Below, one piece after another: positions 29,986 to 39,214 of a DNA stretch of 64,000 bases (the stretch's first letter is position 1; each line of letters begins with the position of its first letter). Origin of the DNA: an uncultured Candidatus Saccharibacteria bacterium (GTDB lineage Bacteria; Patescibacteriota; Doudnabacteria; UBA920). The stretch covers positions 255,151-319,150 of the forward strand of contig CAZVXT010000001.1 of NCBI GenBank assembly GCA_964631145.1. Direction: 5' to 3'. The notes beneath the pieces were generated by a model. It ran no database searches and was not told the origin of the DNA. It saw only the letters and a program-made list of their open reading frames with translations. The translations under genes and the position numbers were made by a program.

Positions 29986-30537
29986 ATGCCTAAACTTTCA
30001 GCTAGATTAAAATTAATCTTACTTATTGCTGGCTTTGTAGTTTTTACAATGCTAATGTTTTTGTATGGCTATGGAATTATGGAGAGACGCAATCAATCAT
30101 TGTTAGATAATACTTTACAGAAACGTTTAGAGCTTGAAGTGTTAAAGCGGGAGCAAAAAAACTTTGAACAAGGGAAAAAAGATATTGCTACTTTAGATCA
30201 AAAAGAATATCCACCACAAGACCTTTTTAGTAAAGATACAAAAGTAGTAAAAGAAATCCAAAAGCTGGAGGCTCTTGCTGCAAATTATAATCTAAAAATT
30301 AGTTTATCTGTTTCTGGTACTTCAAAAACTGCAAAAAAGGCTACAGGTGTATCAGGGGATTTATTGCTTGTTCCTTATATAGTAAGTTTAGAAGGGTCCT
30401 ATACAAATATAGTGCGTTACGTTCAATCTGCAGAGCACACATCTTTTATAAATAAAACTCAAGCAGTTAGATTGGCGGCTTTGCAGAATGGAAATGTAAA
30501 AGCTACTTTAAATTCAGAATTTTACCTAAAACAATGA
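29986..30537 (+). CDS. pilO: PilO-like bitopic membrane protein
   Basis: 183 aa, N-terminal TM helix, coiled coil, position after pilN. Confidence 0.5.
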   Translation: MPKLSARLKLILLIAGFVVFTMLMFLYGYGIMERRNQSLLDNTLQKRLELEVLKREQKNFEQGKKDIATLDQKEYPPQDLFSKDTKVVKEIQKLEALAANYNLKISLSVSGTSKTAKKATGVSGDLLLVPYIVSLEGSYTNIVRYVQSAEHTSFINKTQAVRLAALQNGNVKATLNSEFYLKQ

Positions 30538-30830
30538 AAATAAATTTTGATAAAAAAAATATATTATATATTTTAAACCGCTATACTGTTTGGTTTTTGT
30601 GGGCATTTTTGCTTTTGATTATTTTGTCAGAAGGGTTTGTATTAAAAAATTCTGTGGGCAAATATTTAGCTAGCAATGGAGATGTTGCTGTATCTTCAGC
30701 GCAGTTAGTTAGAGTTAATTTTGAAGCTTATCAAAAAATTGAGAACAGGCTGAAAGCTAACGAATCATTTGTGCCTGCTGGCTCTGAAGGCTCAGGTGCT
30801 TTTGGGTTGGTAATAAAAGAGTCAAATTAA
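30534..30830 (+). CDS. small membrane protein, last gene of the pilus operon
   Basis: 98 aa, N-terminal TM helix, start overlaps the pilO stop; lacks the G/FTLxE motif, so not a pilin. Confidence 0.35.
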   Translation: MKINFDKKNILYILNRYTVWFLWAFLLLIILSEGFVLKNSVGKYLASNGDVAVSSAQLVRVNFEAYQKIENRLKANESFVPAGSEGSGAFGLVIKESN

Positions 30831-30916
30831 GGTTGATTTTTTATCCCAAATATAGTAAAATTTCTTAGTATTGTAGTGTAAGTAAATACTAATTTTTTAT
30901 TTAAAACTGAATAAAT

Positions 30917-30992
30917 GGGTCGGTAGCTCAGTTGGTAGAGCAGGTGCCTCTTAAGCACTCGGTCGTGGGTTCGAGTCCCACCCGACCCACCA
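30917..30992 (+). tRNA. tRNA-Lys(CUU)
   Basis: acceptor GGGTCGG/CCGACCC, anticodon loop CTCTTAA, T-loop TTCGAGT, encoded CCA; TTGATT-17-TAAAAT promoter at 30833-30861; terminator at 31000-31022. Confidence 0.8.
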
Positions 30993-31080
30993 TAATAATA
31001 AAACACCATTTTTGGTGTTTTATTATTTAGTCATAATTTTAAGCTATGTAATATAAATAAAAAAGCCAACATTATGTTGG

Positions 31081-31800
31081 CTATATTGGAGCACCTATAG
31101 ATATCTCCTTTTGAGCTTCTATTATCATTTGTTTGATAACAAGAATATTTTTCTTTTTCAGAAGTTCTAATTTATTTTTTAATTTAGGAGTTTGGTATTT
31201 ATGATTTTCCATAAATTTTAAACTTTTTTCTAGCTCAGTGACTTTACAAAAAGTTAATGGCTCTAAGTTTTTTTCTTCTTCTAAATATAAATTTTGCCAC
31301 TTACGGAATTCTAATTCTGTTAAGCAGGCAAGGTGAGAAAGGTCTGCGTCTCTTAAAATTTGATTGGGCAGTATATGGTCAAATTGCTGGCTGATAGTAT
31401 CATTAGATTTTATCATTTTCGTAGCAACTATGGCGTTATAGCCAGTGCGAAGCTCTTCATCAGAATAAAAATTCGGAGAGGTTTTGTTAATAATATTTAG
31501 GACTTCTTGGGCACTTTTTTCTTCTGCATTATGAGATCTGACGTATATGTCATGTCCTTGCGCAAAATAACCAATAATTTGTTTGGCACGTATAGATAAC
31601 TTTAAATTATTAGCGATTAGTAAGGCTTGCTGTCTTACAAATGTTCCATGGTCTTCGCCATGAAAGCAAAGTTTTTTTGACATACCATTACTGCGTGCAT
31701 TATTAATAGCATCTTTGATTTGAAGTTTGATGTAGTTTGCCTTATCAATGTCTAATTCTGGCAAATCTTTTTGAAAATTAAAACTCATATTTTCCTCCAT
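31081..31800 (-). CDS. hypothetical protein, possible HD-type phosphohydrolase
   Basis: H...HD-like spacing (FHGEDHG ... GHDIY) only; weak. Confidence 0.3.
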   Translation of the reverse strand: MEENMSFNFQKDLPELDIDKANYIKLQIKDAINNARSNGMSKKLCFHGEDHGTFVRQQALLIANNLKLSIRAKQIIGYFAQGHDIYVRSHNAEEKSAQEVLNIINKTSPNFYSDEELRTGYNAIVATKMIKSNDTISQQFDHILPNQILRDADLSHLACLTELEFRKWQNLYLEEEKNLEPLTFCKVTELEKSLKFMENHKYQTPKLKNKLELLKKKNILVIKQMIIEAQKEISIGAPI

Positions 31801-31847
31801 AAAATATTTTACAACTCATTATACAAAATAAAATAACTAGCGTCAAG

Positions 31848-32528
31848 CTAGTTATTTTTGTACTTTTTTACGTAGTAGTTATTAGCAAAGTCTAATTGAA
31901 TAGGAGTTCCAACTGGTAGCCAATTACTTGCCATAATTGCATGAACTGGTTGTGTTTTTGCCAGATTAATTAATGTGTGAGGAAGGCTATATTCTGTTTT
32001 TTCATTAACAGAAATTTTTACTAATTCTTGATCATAAAAATCTTTTGTTAAAGCATAAGCTCCGCAAATTGTTAGTCCAGAGCTACTATCAAATCCTTCA
32101 ATTAGTCCTTCGCTGTCGATTTTTAATCCAAACTCGTAAGCTTTGTTGCTTGGCCATGCAAGAAGTCCTACTCCATTTGATATTAGTTTTTGTAAATCAT
32201 TTTTGTCGTACAAGTCATCTCCATTTACAACCAGAAACTTTTCTTTTACAAAATCTTTTACACGAAGAATAGCGTCACCGGTACCTAGTAATTCTGTTTG
32301 TTCAACATAAGTTATTGGTTTTCCATTCCAAGATTCTTTAAAATGATCTTTAATTTGTTGTCCTAAGTAACCAATTACGATTAAAATCTTGTCTATTTTA
32401 TCTGGTAAGGATTCGAGTGTATATTCAAGTAGAGGTTTATCAGCAATAGGGATGAGTGGTTTTGGATGATGTTCTGTGAAAGGGCGAAGTCTTAGACCTT
32501 TGCCCGCCGCGAGGATTACAGCTTGCAT
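31848..32528 (-). CDS. sugar-phosphate nucleotidyltransferase
   Basis: N-terminal AILAAGKGLRLRP nucleotidyltransferase signature. Confidence 0.65.
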   Translation of the reverse strand: MQAVILAAGKGLRLRPFTEHHPKPLIPIADKPLLEYTLESLPDKIDKILIVIGYLGQQIKDHFKESWNGKPITYVEQTELLGTGDAILRVKDFVKEKFLVVNGDDLYDKNDLQKLISNGVGLLAWPSNKAYEFGLKIDSEGLIEGFDSSSGLTICGAYALTKDFYDQELVKISVNEKTEYSLPHTLINLAKTQPVHAIMASNWLPVGTPIQLDFANNYYVKKYKNN

Positions 32529-32604
32529 AATTGACTATTTTAAAGATATTAGGTAAATTATATAGTTGTAATTAGAAAATTACAAGCCAAAAGGAGGAAA
32601 ATTT

Positions 32605-32970
32605 ATGGACCAAGAATTAGGCTTAAAAAAGAGGTTGTTGTGGAATTTTAGCACAACTTTAACAATATTTTTGTTACTGACTACTTCGGCTGTTTTTGCT
32701 TATTATTTATGGGTAGATCCGGGAAAAGTTTGGACAGAAGTTTCGAGTAGCGAAGGTTTGGTAAATATCGTGTGGGTATTTTGTAGCTATAATGTTTTAT
32801 TTACTAACACGCTAGATAATTGGGAAAGCTTTGCGAAAATATCCTTCAGAATAATGGCTTTTGGAGCTGCTTTTATAACTTTGATATTTAATCCAATATT
32901 GTTTTTAATTGGCAGTATTTTTGGGCTATTATTATTGCTGCATTATTTTATTAAAATAGCTCAAAAATAA
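32605..32970 (+). CDS. hypothetical membrane protein
   Basis: 121 aa, 3-4 hydrophobic helices, SD aaggagg; terminator at 32972-33003. Confidence 0.35.
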   Translation: MDQELGLKKRLLWNFSTTLTIFLLLTTSAVFAYYLWVDPGKVWTEVSSSEGLVNIVWVFCSYNVLFTNTLDNWESFAKISFRIMAFGAAFITLIFNPILFLIGSIFGLLLLLHYFIKIAQK

Positions 32971-33014
32971 TTTATAGGCATCATTTTTGATGCCTTTTTA
33001 ATTTAAATAAAATG

Positions 33015-33039
33015 CAAATGGTGCGCCCTGAGGGACTCG
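33015..33039. repeat. 25-bp direct repeat copying the 3' end of tRNA-Arg(UCG) plus 4 nt of flank
   Basis: caaatggtgcgccctgagggactcg at 33015-33039 is identical to 33207-33231 (tRNA 3' end); the copies are 192 bp apart. Confidence 0.8.
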
Positions 33040-33118
33040 TCTACCTCACGCTAGTTTCCTCAACACAATCGTTATCACTCATTGTGTTTCGTCAACTGAC
33101 GCTGCGGTAGACTCCTAC

Positions 33119-33149
33119 GCAAAAATTCTTCCACTGGAAAAATTTTTGC
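33119..33149. repeat. 31-bp near-perfect palindrome inside the 190-bp insert
   Basis: gcaaaaattcttcca c tggaaaaatttttgc: 15-bp arms with one mismatch. Confidence 0.7.
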
Positions 33150-33210
33150 TATTTTCTCGTCCCGCGTTGCAATCATTTGTATTTTCAGCATAATGTGCCA
33201 AAAATACAAA

Positions 33211-33287
33211 TGGTGCGCCCTGAGGGACTCGAACCCCCGACACTTGGTTCCGAAGACCAATGCTCTAATCCACTGAGCTAAGGGCGC
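33211..33287 (-). tRNA. tRNA-Arg(UCG)
   Basis: acceptor GCGCCCT/AGGGCGC, anticodon loop CTTCGGA, T-loop TTCGAGT, encoded CCA. Confidence 0.75.
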
Positions 33288-33355
33288 ATAAAGCTTAGTT
33301 ATTTTAACCAAATTACGATAAAAAATCAATCAATAATAAATGCTATACTTATTTT

Positions 33356-34285
33356 ATGATTACTTTGTTATTAGGATCTGAATTCTTAAGTAAAACTAAA
33401 TATTTGGGAGATTTGTTAAAGAATGGCGGCAATATGGAGCCTTTGTATATAAAAGAAAAAGAAAGACTTCCAAAACAAGCCGATCTAAATTCTGGTACCT
33501 TGTTTGGACCAAAGCAATGTTGGGTTATAGAGAATCTAGCACAAGAGCTAAATGAAGAATTGGTCCTGGCATGGGAGCAGAGTTATCAACAAATTGTTCT
33601 GGTACAGGACAGTATCGACAAGCGTACCAAGTTATTAAAATTTTTATTAGAGCACAGTAGTGTTGTAGAATTTAACCCTCCAAATATAAATGAGGCTAGT
33701 AAATGGATTGCATCTCATGTTAAAAATTTGGGCGGTACAATCGACTCCAAGGCTTCCGAAGAATTGGTGAGAAGGTTATGTGGAGATGTTTATGAGGAAC
33801 TTCCTATTGGCATATGCCATAATGAGATTTTAAAATTATTAAGCTATGTTGGAACGAAAAAACATATTACTTTAAAAGATGTTGAAAGTCTCACTTCCGG
33901 TCAAGATAATATCGATATTTTTTCTTTGACAGATGCATTGGCAAAAAAAGATAAGCGTTCTGCTATTTCGTTATTGCAGAGATATTATAATAATGAAGCT
34001 GATTTTAAATCTGCAACTATTAAATTAGTAGCTTTATGGAACGAGCAAATCAGAACATCACTAATGGTGAAGGACTGGATTGCACAAGGTGTTGCAGAAT
34101 CTGAGATCTTAGCAAAAACAGGATGGAAAAGTGGACGACTATATATGGTTAAGAAAAATGCTAATCAATTTGATCAAAAATTATTGCTCTCAATTATTAA
34201 CAAATTAGTTAATCTAGATATCGAACTAAAAACAAGTACAATGCCTGCTGATGTGGTTGTGGATTTGATTATTGCATCTTTATAA
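33356..34285 (+). CDS. holA: DNA polymerase III delta subunit-like (HolA)
   Basis: C-terminal pattern SKASEELVRRLCGD...EILKLLSYVG..KHITLKDVESL...NIDIFSLTDAL resembles the HolA clamp-loader delta subunit. Confidence 0.5.
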   Translation: MITLLLGSEFLSKTKYLGDLLKNGGNMEPLYIKEKERLPKQADLNSGTLFGPKQCWVIENLAQELNEELVLAWEQSYQQIVLVQDSIDKRTKLLKFLLEHSSVVEFNPPNINEASKWIASHVKNLGGTIDSKASEELVRRLCGDVYEELPIGICHNEILKLLSYVGTKKHITLKDVESLTSGQDNIDIFSLTDALAKKDKRSAISLLQRYYNNEADFKSATIKLVALWNEQIRTSLMVKDWIAQGVAESEILAKTGWKSGRLYMVKKNANQFDQKLLLSIINKLVNLDIELKTSTMPADVVVDLIIASL

Positions 34286-34326
34286 TTAGGGGATATATAA
34301 TATATATCGTAAATTAATTATAAGAA

Positions 34327-34842
34327 ATGAACAAAAATTTTAAATTTTTATCTGGTGCCGTTTTACTTTTTGCTTTAATCGTCACAATGGCTCCAGTATC
34401 TGTTAACGCTGATAACTCTTCTGAAGTAAAGAATAAATCAACAGAGATAAAGGCATGTAAGAAAGAAAATGAAGCAACAAGGTCTTCTTATCGTGATACT
34501 GTAAAAAATAACCAAAAAACTTATACTTCCGCCATCTCTACAGCTAATGATGCTTACAAGACCGCGATTAGCGCGGCGCGTGATGCAAGAAAATCCGCAG
34601 TAAAGGCTGCTGAAGACACTTACAAGACCGCTATTGCAGCTGCAACAGACGATGCGGCTAAACAAGCAGCAAAGGCAGTTCGTAAAGTTTCTATAGAAAA
34701 GGCTCAGGCAGATTATAAAAAGGCTGTATCTGATGCAGTAGCTGCAAGAAAAGCTGCTAAAGATAAAGCTCTTTCAACAAGAAAATCATCCAATGACACT
34801 GCAAAAACTTCTCGCGATTCAGCTCTCAAAGACTGTAAATAA
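34327..34842 (+). CDS. secreted Ala/Lys-rich amphipathic-repeat protein
   Basis: signal peptide; repeats of the form T/SA..AAxDAxKxAxKAAEDTYKTAI. Confidence 0.45.
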   Translation: MNKNFKFLSGAVLLFALIVTMAPVSVNADNSSEVKNKSTEIKACKKENEATRSSYRDTVKNNQKTYTSAISTANDAYKTAISAARDARKSAVKAAEDTYKTAIAAATDDAAKQAAKAVRKVSIEKAQADYKKAVSDAVAARKAAKDKALSTRKSSNDTAKTSRDSALKDCK

Positions 34843-34855
34843 TTACTTAGATACG

Positions 34856-34888
34856 AAAAAACCATCCAATTTTATTGGATGGTTTTTA
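34856..34888. terminator. bidirectional terminator between convergent genes
   Basis: aaaaccatccaattttattggatggttttt. Confidence 0.7.
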
Positions 34889-34897
34889 ATTTTGATG

Positions 34898-36748
34898 TTA
34901 ACTACGCTTGTCTCTCTTGCGATCATTAGCATTTAGAAAACGCTTGCGAATACGAACGCTTTGAGGAGTTACTTCTACTAATTCATCTGCTCCAATGTAT
35001 TCTAGAGCAAAATCCAAAGTAACTGCGCGAGGAGGGGTTAATACAATACCTTCATCGCTACCTGAAGCACGCATGTTAGTTAGTTTTTTACCTTTACAGA
35101 CATTAACTTCAATATCTTGATCAAGCGCATTTTTACCAACAACCATTCCTTCATAAACATCAACAGCTGGACCGACAAACATAATACCGCGTTCTTGAGC
35201 GTTGTTAAGTCCGTAGCTACTGGTGGTTCCAGATTCTGAAGCAATCAATGAGCCATGCTCATTGCTGCGCAAATCAATATCATGAACTGGCTTGTAACTA
35301 TCAAATAAGTTATTAATAATTGCTGTTCCTCGTGTGCGAGTAAGTAATAAGTTTTTTAATCCAATTAAACCACGAGTTGGAATAATGTATTCTGCATGAA
35401 TTTCTCCCGCTGCATTAGTTTCCATGTTTTGTAATTCGCCACCACGTTTTGCAACTTCTTCAATCATTACACCTTGGTGTTCGCTAGGAACATCTATGGT
35501 CAAAAATTCATACGGTTCTTTTTTTACACCATCTTCTTCGATGTAAATAACTTGGGGTTGAGATACTTGAAGTTCAAATCCTTCACGGCGCATGGTTTCT
35601 ATTAGGATGCCTAAATGAAGTTCACCACGTCCAGATACTAAATAAGAATCACCACTGTCTGCAGCAGGTTCTACTCGCAATGCAACATTTGTTTCTAATT
35701 CACGATCAAGTCTGTCTTTAATATTACGAGAAGTTAATTGTGTTCCTTCTTTACCAGCAAATGGTGAAGTGTTTACACCAAAAGTCATTTTGATGGTAGG
35801 TTGTTCTATTTCTACAGGAGGGATTTGAATTGGGTTTTGGCTATCAGCAAGAGTATCGCCGATTTGCACATTATCAAATCCACCAATTGCAACAATGTCA
35901 CCAGCGGTTGCTTCTTCTACTTCTGTTGGAACCAAACCTTGGTACATTTGTAAACTACTAACTTTTCCGGTAGAAGTTTTTCCGTCTCTACTTATCAAAG
36001 CAATGCTTTGTGCTTTTTTTAGACTTCCTGCGGTAATTTTTCCGATACCAATTTTACCTTTATAGTTATCAAAGCGGAGTGCTAATACTAGCATACCAAA
36101 AGGATCTTCTGGTTTAACTTCTGGAGCAGGGATGTGATTGATAATTGCTTCAAAAACTGGCGTGATGTTATGAGCTTCGTTTGGTAAGTCTTCGCCAGTC
36201 TTAGTAGCTGCAACAATTTTTTCGGGTTCTGTATCAGCAATTCCGTTAATACCGCTAGCGTATAAGATAGGGAAGTCTAATTGTTGGTCATTGGCACCGA
36301 GAGAAACAAACAAATCAAAAGTTTTATTTATAACTTCGTCAATTTGAGCATCTGGTTTATCTACTTTATTAATGACAACAATTGCTCTATGTCCAAGTTC
36401 CAAAGCTTTCTTTAACACGAACTTAGTTTGAGGCATTGGTCCTTCTTTTGCATCTACAAGTAACAGTACGCCATCAGCCATACGTAGGGTACGTTCTACT
36501 TCGCCGCCAAAGTCAGCATGTCCTGGAGTATCTACAATATTGATGCGGATATCGTTGTACATAACTGATGCATTTTTTGCAGTGATTGTAATTCCGCGCT
36601 CGCGTTCCAAATCTCCTGAGTCCATAATTAAAGCACCGCCAGTATCTTTGACAGTTTGAGTCTGTTTTAGCATCGCATCTACCAAAGTGGTTTTTCCGTG
36701 GTCAACGTGAGCTATGATTGCAACATTTCTAATGTTATCTCTTTTCAT
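34898..36748 (-). CDS. typA: translational GTPase TypA/BipA
   Basis: AIIAHVDHGKTTLVD, DTPGHADF, NKVD G-motifs; 616 aa. Confidence 0.85.
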   Translation of the reverse strand: MKRDNIRNVAIIAHVDHGKTTLVDAMLKQTQTVKDTGGALIMDSGDLERERGITITAKNASVMYNDIRINIVDTPGHADFGGEVERTLRMADGVLLLVDAKEGPMPQTKFVLKKALELGHRAIVVINKVDKPDAQIDEVINKTFDLFVSLGANDQQLDFPILYASGINGIADTEPEKIVAATKTGEDLPNEAHNITPVFEAIINHIPAPEVKPEDPFGMLVLALRFDNYKGKIGIGKITAGSLKKAQSIALISRDGKTSTGKVSSLQMYQGLVPTEVEEATAGDIVAIGGFDNVQIGDTLADSQNPIQIPPVEIEQPTIKMTFGVNTSPFAGKEGTQLTSRNIKDRLDRELETNVALRVEPAADSGDSYLVSGRGELHLGILIETMRREGFELQVSQPQVIYIEEDGVKKEPYEFLTIDVPSEHQGVMIEEVAKRGGELQNMETNAAGEIHAEYIIPTRGLIGLKNLLLTRTRGTAIINNLFDSYKPVHDIDLRSNEHGSLIASESGTTSSYGLNNAQERGIMFVGPAVDVYEGMVVGKNALDQDIEVNVCKGKKLTNMRASGSDEGIVLTPPRAVTLDFALEYIGADELVEVTPQSVRIRKRFLNANDRKRDKRS

Positions 36749-36892
36749 AAATCTATATAAATAATCAAGAAAAAATGCCGAGTTATGCTTCGGCTCTTTG
36801 ACATAATTTAATCATAATTTGAGCAAGTTGTCAATTATAAAGTTTGTGATTTAGCTTTTTTAATTTTTTAAATTAGCTATAATAAATATACT

Positions 36893-37915
36893 ATGAACCA
36901 AAAAATTCAAACCATTAGTTTCTTTGCAATTTTGTTAATTGCGTTAATTGCAGTAATATTTTTGTTTAAGCCATTTGCTAGCCTTTTAGCATTCGCTGTA
37001 ATTTTATCCATACTCTTTGCTCCAATAAATACTTGGTTGCGAAAGAAATTAAATTCTGATAATTTTGCCGCGTTGCTGACAGTGCTAATTATGATTGTTA
37101 TTGTGCTAATACCAGTTGTGTTTTTTGGGCAAGCAATTATTAGTGAGGTCTTTGATCTCTATCAAAAAGTAAAAACCGGACAGTTAGTAATCAATAAGGA
37201 TCAAATTATTAGCTCGTTACCTTCAGAAATGCAGAATCTTGTGACTGATTTTGCTAATGACATTAGTTCTTTAATTGGAAGGTTTGCTTCTGGGGCAGTG
37301 CAGAGTTTTTCTGGGCTGTTGTCTAACATAGCCAATTTCGTTGTTTCTTTATTTATCACTTTTTTTGCTACATTCTTTTTGCTTAGAGATGGAAAAAAGT
37401 TAAAAGAAGTGTTTATGGATATTTCTCCAATGGCAACTCGCCAAGAAAGCGTGTTGGTCGACCGAATTATTATTGCTGTTAATGGAGTGGTAAAAGGACA
37501 GTTTTTGACAGCTCTAATACAAGGTTTGGTTGCCATGTTAGGATTCTTTATTTTTGGAGTTCCTCAGCCTGTTGTGTGGGGACTGTTTACTGTGTTTACA
37601 GCTTTGGTTCCTAATATTGGTACATCTATTTCCATTATCCCCGCGATAGGTTACTTACTTATTACTGGACATACTGGCGCTGCTATTGGGATGTTAATAT
37701 GGGGAATGGTTGCCGTTGGTTTGATAGATAATTTAGTTGGGCCTAAATTAGTAGGAAGTACAACCAAATTACACCCATTATTAGTTTTGTTTAGCATTTT
37801 AGGTGGAGTGCAGTTGTTTGGCATTTTGGGAATTTTAATCGGACCAATTATTACTTCGATTTTGGTAGCTTTGATAGATATTTATCGCGAAGACTTTAAA
37901 GATTACGTAAAGTAA
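36893..37915 (+). CDS. AI-2E family transporter (PerM / UPF0118)
   Basis: about 8 TM helices, FFLLRDGKKL and VPNIGTSISIIP-type motifs, 340 aa. Confidence 0.55.
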   Translation: MNQKIQTISFFAILLIALIAVIFLFKPFASLLAFAVILSILFAPINTWLRKKLNSDNFAALLTVLIMIVIVLIPVVFFGQAIISEVFDLYQKVKTGQLVINKDQIISSLPSEMQNLVTDFANDISSLIGRFASGAVQSFSGLLSNIANFVVSLFITFFATFFLLRDGKKLKEVFMDISPMATRQESVLVDRIIIAVNGVVKGQFLTALIQGLVAMLGFFIFGVPQPVVWGLFTVFTALVPNIGTSISIIPAIGYLLITGHTGAAIGMLIWGMVAVGLIDNLVGPKLVGSTTKLHPLLVLFSILGGVQLFGILGILIGPIITSILVALIDIYREDFKDYVK

Positions 37916-37916
37916 A

Positions 37917-39113
37917 ATGTTATTTACCTGGCTATTTATTTGTTCACTAATTTTATCTCCTCTATATGTATGGAGGTTTTCATTGTTGGGAAGTGTGCCG
38001 GCAAATTTTTTGCTAGTTATTCAAACAATTTTATTTGCCACTTTTTTTCTATGGTTATTGTGGACGAAACAAATAAAAAGTTTTTTGTTAGAAATAAAAA
38101 ATACAGACAAGTTTTTACTAATTAGTTGTTTAATCTTTTGGTTCGTCTCTGTAATTGGACTATTTAATTTTGGATTTAGTACTGCAAAATTTGGTCAAGA
38201 ACTGGTTTTGTTTAGTTTTCCAATTACAACACTTTTTGCATTAAAATATTTAATACAAAAATATTCTATAGACTCTAAAATCTTAGCTTATATTTTTTTG
38301 GGATTTATTTTAGTCAATGGTTTGTTGGCAATAATTCAATATTTTAGTTTGTGGTCTCTACCAGTTATATACTGGGGAAATAGTGCAGAGCCAAAAAGAG
38401 CAGTTAGTTTTTTTGCCCACCCTAACGGTTATGGTTTGTTTGTGGTTCCCTTGTTGGTATTTGTTATACCATGGCTATATGACAACTTTTTAAAGACTAA
38501 AAACATATGGTTATGGGTAATGTGGATGATTGGATTCTTGGGTATTTTATTGTCTTTATCTCGAGGGGCGTTATTGGGTTTATTCGCGGCGCTTGGTGTA
38601 TTTGTTTTGGTAAAAGGCGGTAAAAAATTATGGATTGCTTTTGCTTCTGCTGTCGTAGTGATGGTGATAGTCATATCTGCGGTTCCTAATTTGAGATATA
38701 GAGTAATGCTTCCATTTATGGGAGAAAAATCTTCTGTTGCTAGATTTAGCCTGTGGCATACCGGAGAAAAAGTAATTATAGATCATCCTTTAATTGGTTT
38801 AGGGGTAAATGGTTTTGCTGACAATTGGAATAAATATAATTCTGATTCAGGTTTGCAGCATTATAATTATCCTCATAATATAATTTTAAATTTTTGGGTG
38901 GATTATGGGCTAGTCGGTGTTTCTGGTTTTGTGGCTTTGATATTGTATGGGTTGTATTTTTCCTATAAAAATAAGACTAAAGCTTTTGCTCTAGGATTTG
39001 GTTTATTTTTAGTATCTATGATTGTTCATGGGCTAATAGATATTCCATATTTAAAAAATGATTTGGCGTTACAGTTTTGGATATTATATGCCATAGCTTT
39101 GTCTGTATTATAA
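37917..39113 (+). CDS. O-antigen ligase / Wzy-like polymerase family membrane protein
   Basis: about 10-12 TM helices with a LSLSRGALLGLF loop motif typical of the O-antigen ligase domain. Confidence 0.45.
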   Translation: MLFTWLFICSLILSPLYVWRFSLLGSVPANFLLVIQTILFATFFLWLLWTKQIKSFLLEIKNTDKFLLISCLIFWFVSVIGLFNFGFSTAKFGQELVLFSFPITTLFALKYLIQKYSIDSKILAYIFLGFILVNGLLAIIQYFSLWSLPVIYWGNSAEPKRAVSFFAHPNGYGLFVVPLLVFVIPWLYDNFLKTKNIWLWVMWMIGFLGILLSLSRGALLGLFAALGVFVLVKGGKKLWIAFASAVVVMVIVISAVPNLRYRVMLPFMGEKSSVARFSLWHTGEKVIIDHPLIGLGVNGFADNWNKYNSDSGLQHYNYPHNIILNFWVDYGLVGVSGFVALILYGLYFSYKNKTKAFALGFGLFLVSMIVHGLIDIPYLKNDLALQFWILYAIALSVL

Positions 39114-39214
39114 AGAATTTATTTATTGACACATATATAATTAGTAGATAAAATTATTAATCTTCTAGCAATAGAAGGTTTTTTAATATAAACATCGTAA
39201 GGAGGATGTATTTT

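Noticed and set aside
30827-31009. 60-aa minus-strand ORF
   Set aside because: Lies entirely over tRNA-Lys(CUU) and its terminator; its translation (GGSGGTRTHD...) is the usual tRNA-derived artefact.
31081-32528. HD-like protein plus nucleotidyltransferase as a CBASS or defence pair
   Set aside because: The nucleotidyltransferase has the sugar-1-phosphate NTase signature (AGKGLRLRP), not a cGAS/DncV-like fold, and the HD assignment is weak.
33075-33329. 84-aa minus-strand ORF
   Set aside because: Overlaps tRNA-Arg(UCG) and the 190-bp insert; it has no SD and its sequence reflects tRNA complementarity.
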